Of a stretch of 64,000 nucleotides of DNA, positions 57,501 through 64,000 are shown one piece after another. The notes under the pieces are model-generated. The model was not told the origin of the DNA, did no database searches, and was given only the letters and a program-made list of their open reading frames with translations. How positions within the stretch are numbered: position 1 is the first letter of the stretch; each line of letters starts with the position of its first letter. This DNA comes from Botryllus schlosseri (taxonomy: Eukaryota): the NCBI GenBank assembly GCA_051294905.1, contig CM119376.1, forward strand, positions 29,264,001 through 29,328,000. Direction: 5' to 3'. The position numbers were made by a program, and so were the translations under genes.

Positions 57501-60500
57501 TGGGGAACAGGACCGTAACTTCCGCACCCCCAATCCCCCAATTGGGGAGGGGGCGAGCTCGAAGGGGCCCGAAATTCTTACGTGAATTAACATAAATTTG
57601 AGTTTTTTTTTAAAGTTATGTCACTTTTTCAAAAGATTATCGCGCTGGGTGCGCGATTTAATATTGGCAAATATCTGATTATTGGTTACCCTTCCCCCAC
57701 GAAACTACGTAGAATTGATAGAAATGGAGACTTCGGCGTCGGCCATTACTGCGCCACGACGCACCAAGGCATATGAAGTTATAGGCCATGTAACATGCAT
57801 CTCCGAGAAGTGTGCCAGAACGATCAGCAGCGAGAAGACCTTGGCCGAGAAGGAATGCCCTTGTGGTGACCCAAAACTTCGATATATATACAATATATAT
57901 ATTTAATTGGCAGGCTTCAAATGGCTGGCGCCGAATGATCCTGTCCTAGCGATATGAACCCCACAGGACAAATGCCATCCCGCAGGAAAAAATAATTTGC
58001 CAGTAAAGCAATACCAATTTGAAATCGTGTGTGCCTTTTAGTTTTGGCGATTCCATATCTTTTGACATAACAGATATAGGATGTCACGAAATAGCATAAT
58101 ATGTAACGAAGTCAATATACCAACGGGTCCGCCCGAAGATGTTCAATTCTTATTTAGCATTAGCTTTTCGCTTATTTACCTTTTCCAACACACCTCCCTC
58201 AGCTCTACCGGTAAATCTGATTACGTGAGCTGAGGGGGGATGAAAAATTGATAGCTAAATATATGAAATTCCGATCATATTGTCCGATTCAAACACGAAT
58301 TAGATAAATTTTTCGCGCCTCGAGCGTTTAGTCGTAGTAAGGCGACGCACTGAACAGTAGACCCAATGCAGCTGATAAGTTGCAGGGAAAAGCGTACAGG
58401 CTCAGCGGGACTGAGGGGGTCCTGGGGACCCAAGACCAACGTTTTCTTGGCGGGGCTGACAAAGAGCTGTTACGGTCCTGGTGGGGAATGAAGGCTCGGA
58501 ATAAATCTGAAGTGGGGAATGAAGACAAAAAGGTTGGGAACCGCTGGTCTAGCGGTTCTGATACTTGGAAAATAGGGCTAGATACTGTTAGGACTGAGGA
58601 AAATGATGATATTATGAATGCGAGCCATTCTATATCACTGGAGAAGAGTTGAAATAAGTGGGTTGAACCGGATTGAACTCAAAACTAAACGGTGAACACA
58701 ATGACTTAGACTCGGACTTGACTCGGTGATGAATTGAAAATGACTCGACTTGACTCGAATCAAAGCTATAAAAGTGAGATTGACCTGTGACTCGGAACCT
58801 TGTGACTTGGTTACAACCCTGGGTGAAATAAACATTTAATGACGCATATTTCAATATCAATCATACAATCTGACACTCACTTCTTTTGTCCACATCGTCA
58901 TTGTAACTCTGCCTTTGACTCCCTTCCCTTCGACTTGACGTTCGTTTCTGATGTCAAAATTAACAAAACTTACAAATATAAACATATTTCTAGAAGCGAA
59001 CCTTACATTTTTGAAGCGTTCGGATGAAGATTTCTTTGAAGACCTGAATTTTACTTTCACAGATGACGTGTTGGTCATTCCCGAGTAGTTACCTCCCCGG
59101 CATCTTGAAAACAATTTCCGGTATTCGCAACGTACCTGGACAGGACAGTGGGCAGGCGTCAGTTTTGAATAAGATTCATAGAACACAAAGTGATATCCAA
59201 TTATCAAACTAATTTTCGACCATAGACTATTCACCATATGTTTAGTGCAGAGATGGAAAACTTGAAAATTCCCAGCTTTCCAAATGAGGTTAGAATTAAA
59301 ATGATAGCTACACAATTTTCATCCAAATTAGATTAGAACTAGAATTATAGGAGCCGCAAAAACACTACATAAAGGTGTTGCCCACTTACTTACAAGTAGC
59401 TATGCTTATAGACTACTGCCGCTACTACTTCTACAGTTTCAGTTTTTTTGGGGGGAAAAATAGGCCTACAATACTTGATTGGAACTATCTACTCTTATCT
59501 GTACAGTAGTACTTGAGTAAAAATTTACAATGTAACATCTACTTCCACATTAGTACCAAAGACAAATACTTGGCTATCTCTGTGCAAAGCTAAAATAACC
59601 AATGATTTTACCTTGTTGTGCAACAAGCAATGGAATATGAAGATGTAAACCCCTTGAAAAGCGTTGAAGATCGTGAATAAATATTGCAAGGCCGCCATTC
59701 CTTCCCACCACCAGAGCAATCCTAAAATCCACGTCGTACCGAGCAAGCAAACTAATGCCACAGTGCCTTTTAAAGCACCCCTGTAGACACAATAAACTAA
59801 CATGGAGATATGTTTGATACGAAAAACATTGTTTGGCGTAGTATTTCGTAAGTCTGGTAAGCTTAAAGACACAGACTTTTTAAGAGCTTTTGGACAGGGT
59901 GGGCAATTACTTTACCAAGCGAGCCAAATGAGAAGCAAAAGATAGGTTGGCGGACCGAATCAAAAGTGTAAACTATATTCTGCAGCGTATTTTAACAGTG
60001 AATTACTTCGTTAACACCAGCTGCTAAGTGGATATGTTAAAATCAGGATATAAGAAAGTGAGGGTTGATTTACAAAAAAAAACGATTTATTCATTCATTC
60101 ATTCGGTGTCATTATTCAAAACAATGCGAAACATGAAACATTCCTAAAAGATTTAAATCACATTAACCCCAGACACTTCTTTCCTATGCAGAAGTCAAAA
60201 CGTATTTGGGATATCACAAAGCTGGTCTTGGCCCCGAGCTGTGTGTAGCTTGGTATTTAGACTCGTCATTTGAGAGCTTTGCTGGCAGATGATTTATCTT
60301 TTATGTTCTAAAGTCCAGTCGACTTTTCGCGGGCCCGCAGGCTGCATTTTTCCGAGGTCTGTTCTTGGAGGTACAGGAATTCAATATGCAATTGAATAAT
60401 ATGAGTAAGACGCAAAGTTATTTACTTGATAGCCTTGATTCGCGAGAAGAAAATATATTTCCGTCCGTGTTTGTACATCATGCTGGCAGTCAGGATCACA

Positions 60501-63199
60501 AAGCCCAAATTAGCCAGAGCTACAAATGAAGCGGGGGCGATGAAAGACCAAATTAACGGAGAGACTTGGCCCGTGCTGTTGCCAGTGCTCAGCCAGCAAG
60601 ATGACTCGGTCCCATAACCGCTCGGATATAACCCGGCGCTGACTGACACGAATACAGCTGGAAATCCTGTTAACAAGATCGTCATTTCGATGAGAAAGTT
60701 GGGAAGTCTAATAATTCTTGTCATCTAATTAGGGTTTATTGACTTGAGTCCAAATTCTTAACTTGACTTAAGTCAATTTATGTATGGTCTCAATTTGCAC
60801 CAAGTCATATGACTCGAGTCAAAACTATAAAAGTAACATTGACTTGGGACTTGGAACGTTGCGATACGGGTACAACCCGGCCAATTAGAGAGAACTACTG
60901 GTAATGTAATTTTAATTTCTGTGTTCCTGAAAATGCTACCTGAGAACTGTTTAGTGTGAAACGAGCCAATCTTTGTTTAGAGACATTTGCCATTCTCGTG
61001 CTTATGAGAACTTTGATTTCATGTGAACTGAACTTTAGTTTTATTGTATCTCTTACTAATTCGGATTTCAATTCAATTTTCAGTAATTCCAATTCTGATA
61101 TAATTAGGGAAAAACGGCAACGGGTATCAAAATAACTCTAATCTAATTTGAAAAAACTGAAAATTTTCTAGTTGTCCAAATCTGCTGCTCACCGTAGCCC
61201 GCGATATAATAAAAGACGATCCTCGTCTGCTTTTCAAAGACTTCGATCAGCATCACGTACAGTTGAACACCCTCCAGCGCCATCCACGTGAATGTGGCAA
61301 GAAGAAAATAATGGAGCACGCCTGGAAGATATATGTTTGTGCTAAATTCACAAGCAAATCTTTCATTCCCAGAACATTCCTAATGAATCAACTCAAATTA
61401 CTCCACACACAGTGGGCACACAGTCTCGACGTCAACCTGCAATGCAATATTACTTCTCGGGAGTTGTTCTTCATGACTTGAAATTGGTAGTTATTCGATT
61501 TGGAATCAGTGATTCAAGCAATTTTTCAGCAGAAGATCAGCACATTGCTTTACAAAACATAGATGGATTATACCGGTAGCTGTTTCCTTTCATGTCCTTT
61601 ACCATGAGTACAAAAGAAATGAGAATTATATTGCTATGTGCATTGTGCATCTCCATGACTATGTGAAAGTAGCTTTTTTTGTTTCGACTATAATTAAAAG
61701 CTGTACACAAGAGACACTGCTTGGAATTGACACCGAAATGCGGTTATGTGGGTCAACATCTATGCAACCTCATTTCAGTTACATATATTTTTGTATAAAA
61801 AAGCATGGCCATCGCATTACCACGTAAATTTGCTTCAAACAGCTACTTTCTTGTAATTGTACAGCGAGTGTTTTACGATTTTTCTAGTGTGCCACAAGCA
61901 AAAAAGGTTGGGAACCATTGTTCTACTATATGCAGTCATCGTTTGTACTCGATCATAAATAGAAGTGATGCCATAAGGTTTAAAGGCCTAGTATTGCATA
62001 AACGAACAAAAACTGTGGAAGTCTAACTAAGATCATAACCACTCAAGTGGTCCGAAAAAGTGGAAAAACATTGTTACTGACGAAGTCTGATTCAATGTGA
62101 ATTAAAATGAGTTCGAGAGATAATTTTACATGTAGAAGGGCTGGGCTATGTCGAGTACCAGCGGGATTAGATTCTTGAACCAGTTTTAGACTTCCGAGTC
62201 GGGTCTATAATGAGTATATTGCCAGCAATACACCATATAATTTGGTATTTCATTGCATTTTGTGACAATGTGTTGATCACGACTTCACAGAAATATCATT
62301 TCCACAAAGTGAGAATTCCGGGGATTCACGGATTAAATTGTTGGATTACCTCAAAAAACGCTGCACACCAAATTTGACTCAATTCCAACTAGTAGAAGCG
62401 TCTGCAGATCCAATCGAAATGTTTCAATTTATTATAAATTTTTTTTTTTCAATTCTAATTTTCCTGTCAACCCATGAAATTGTTCAGTTATGTTCAAAAA
62501 CGAAGCAAAACAAATTTGACGCAATTCCAACGCGTGGAAGCAAAGTTATTTGAGTTTTTCTTCAATAATTCTGGGATTACCCACTGTCCAGGCTATTTTT
62601 GCATTTTCACAAGTTTCAACGGCAAAAACTTCGCTACTACTGGTTGAAAGTGAGCAGAAATTTGGTGCATCGTTCTTTTAGGCGACTTAATAATTTCATG
62701 GGGTTGACAGTGACATTGGAAAATTTTTATTTCTTATGATAAATTCAAAAATTTAAATTAGCTCTGAGGCCGCTTTTAATTGTTGGAATTGGACCAAATT
62801 TGTTGCACAGCGTTTTTTTTTAGGCAACCAAACAATTTAATCAGTGAATTCCCGGAATCCAGACAAAAAAAAATTTGGTGCTCGAAAATCTCATATCCCA
62901 CCACTCGACTTGAATTGTCAGAATCAATACTTGCTTCAGATTCGAGTACTCGAATCATTGTGCCAGGCCATAGTAGGCTGTTGTACCAGAACAGGTTACA
63001 AAAACTCTATATTCGCACATCTATTGCAGATTAAATATCGGAAAAACACATGATGACAGAGTAAAATGACAAACCAGCAATCAAAGAGCAAGCCGTCGGC
63101 AGATGTGGAAGATCGATCCCTACGAGAAATGTGAGCTGTGAAACAAAGAGGCATATGCACAGATTTGTGTGGATGCTGGTGCGTATGCTCTGCAGCGCC
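54555..63199 (-). CDS. Adhesion GPCR (latrophilin/ADGRL-like 7TM), 3' part. Exons 63199-63075, 61321-61193, 60666-60426, 59780-59612, 59135-59007, 56604 to about 56190, and about 54983-54555. The 5' end lies beyond the window
   Basis: [17 protein letters not shown] (TM2), [21 protein letters not shown] (TM3), [16 protein letters not shown] (TM4/ECL2), LVCLLGTTW (TM6), [19 protein letters not shown]|VRCEYRK (TM7/H8). The 7TM exon phases join consistently. The last two tail exons are less certain. Confidence 0.88.
55509..55979. mobile_element. MITE family C copy in an aGPCR intron
   Basis: TAGGGCTGTTCAAAAA...TTTTAACAGCCCTA with about 110-bp inverted arms. Confidence 0.8.
56885..58821. mobile_element. 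MITE family B copy split by a Buster-type insertion
   Basis: CAGGGTTGTAA...TTACAACCCTG. Removing 57080-58554 restores continuity with the intact copy at 63322-63754. Confidence 0.82.
57080..58546. mobile_element. Non-autonomous Buster-type hAT element, 1467 bp
   Basis: CAGTGGTTCCCAA...TTGGGAACCGCTG with perfect TSD GTCTAGCG. Confidence 0.9.
62137..62970. mobile_element. MITE family D copy containing family C sequence (about 62330-62870); boundaries approximate
   Basis: AGGGCTGGGC at the left end and GAGTACTCGAATCATTGTGCC at the right end, with family C blocks in between. Confidence 0.65.
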
Positions 63200-63321
63200 C
63201 TGTCAAAAATAATGGAAAACCTTTAAGGGCTTACTCAAGATACAAGTTATATATAGAAACATGACTTGAACCGGACGATATATAGCGGTGCTGTAATCAG
63301 TGCTAACGAGTCACTACCTTT

Positions 63322-63754
63322 CAGGGTTGTGATGACTTGAGTCCTGATTTTATGGTGACTTGACTGAACTCAAACCAAGTCATCAGACTCGAAACTAGGA
63401 CAGCCAAGACAAACATTTCATTGTAACTTCAACGAATAGTAAAGTCACCACATGAATGGTATGTCGTCTATCAGTCCTGATACTTGGAAAATAGGGCCAG
63501 AAACTGTTAAGACTGAGGAAAATTACGGTGTTATGAATGCGAGCCATTCTATATCACTCGAGCAGAGTTGAAAAAAGTGGGTTGAACCGGACTTGAACTC
63601 GAGTCACAACACTATGACTCGGACTCGACCCTCTACTCACTCACCTGGATTTGACTCGGTGATGAATTGAAAATGGCTCGACTTGACTCGAGTCAAAACT
63701 ATAAAAGTGAGATTGACTTGTGACTCAGAACCTCGTGACTTGGTTACAACCCTG
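63322..63754. mobile_element. MITE family B copy
   Basis: CAGGGTTGTGA...TTACAACCCTG with flanks CTACCTTT / CTACCGTT (7/8). Confidence 0.85.
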
Positions 63755-64000
63755 CTACCGTTGAGTCCCAAGTAATGGCACATTTTGAGTCAAGTCTAGG
63801 GAATTTTGCCCCTCGAGTCAATTAATGACTGAAGTCGCGACAGCACTGGGCGGGATAAGATATCCACACTCTTGGAATAGTTCATTAATGTTCTCCGTTT
63901 CTTTTTTTTTCTGGTTATTGATAATCGAATATGTACTCGTTACTACCATATCTTGCCTGCCTACTAGTTGTTCTGATTTTGTTATTATTCATCATACATA

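Noticed and set aside
61380-61436. Apparent aGPCR TM2-TM3 exon ([10 protein letters not shown])
   Set aside because: The exon at 63199-63075 supplies this segment with a better fit and the correct phase.

Overview
This is eukaryotic animal DNA: AT-rich, with GT-AG introns and dense transposon remnants. An ascidian/tunicate-like origin is my inference and is not proven. Plus-strand genes are RTF2, KTI12, METAP2 (tightly spaced) and ZSWIM2. Minus-strand genes are a U6 snRNA with TATA and PSE, three tandem two-exon acyl-ACP-thioesterase-like (double hotdog) paralogs, an LNX1/2-like RING-PDZ ligase, LPCAT3, and the 3' part of a latrophilin-like adhesion GPCR. Mobile DNA includes a decayed 3.6-kb hAT element inserted in a LINE 3' UTR, several hAT-type MITE families with 8-bp target-site duplications (TSDs), a TTAGGG-containing foldback in a METAP2 intron, and a 6.7-kb modular foldback element. 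The most interesting signal is the thioesterase-like cluster. It has PTS1-like C-termini, and in one paralog an intact SHL tail sits in frame behind a UGA stop, which may indicate readthrough-dependent peroxisomal targeting. All coordinates and alignments were read by eye; no database searches were run.
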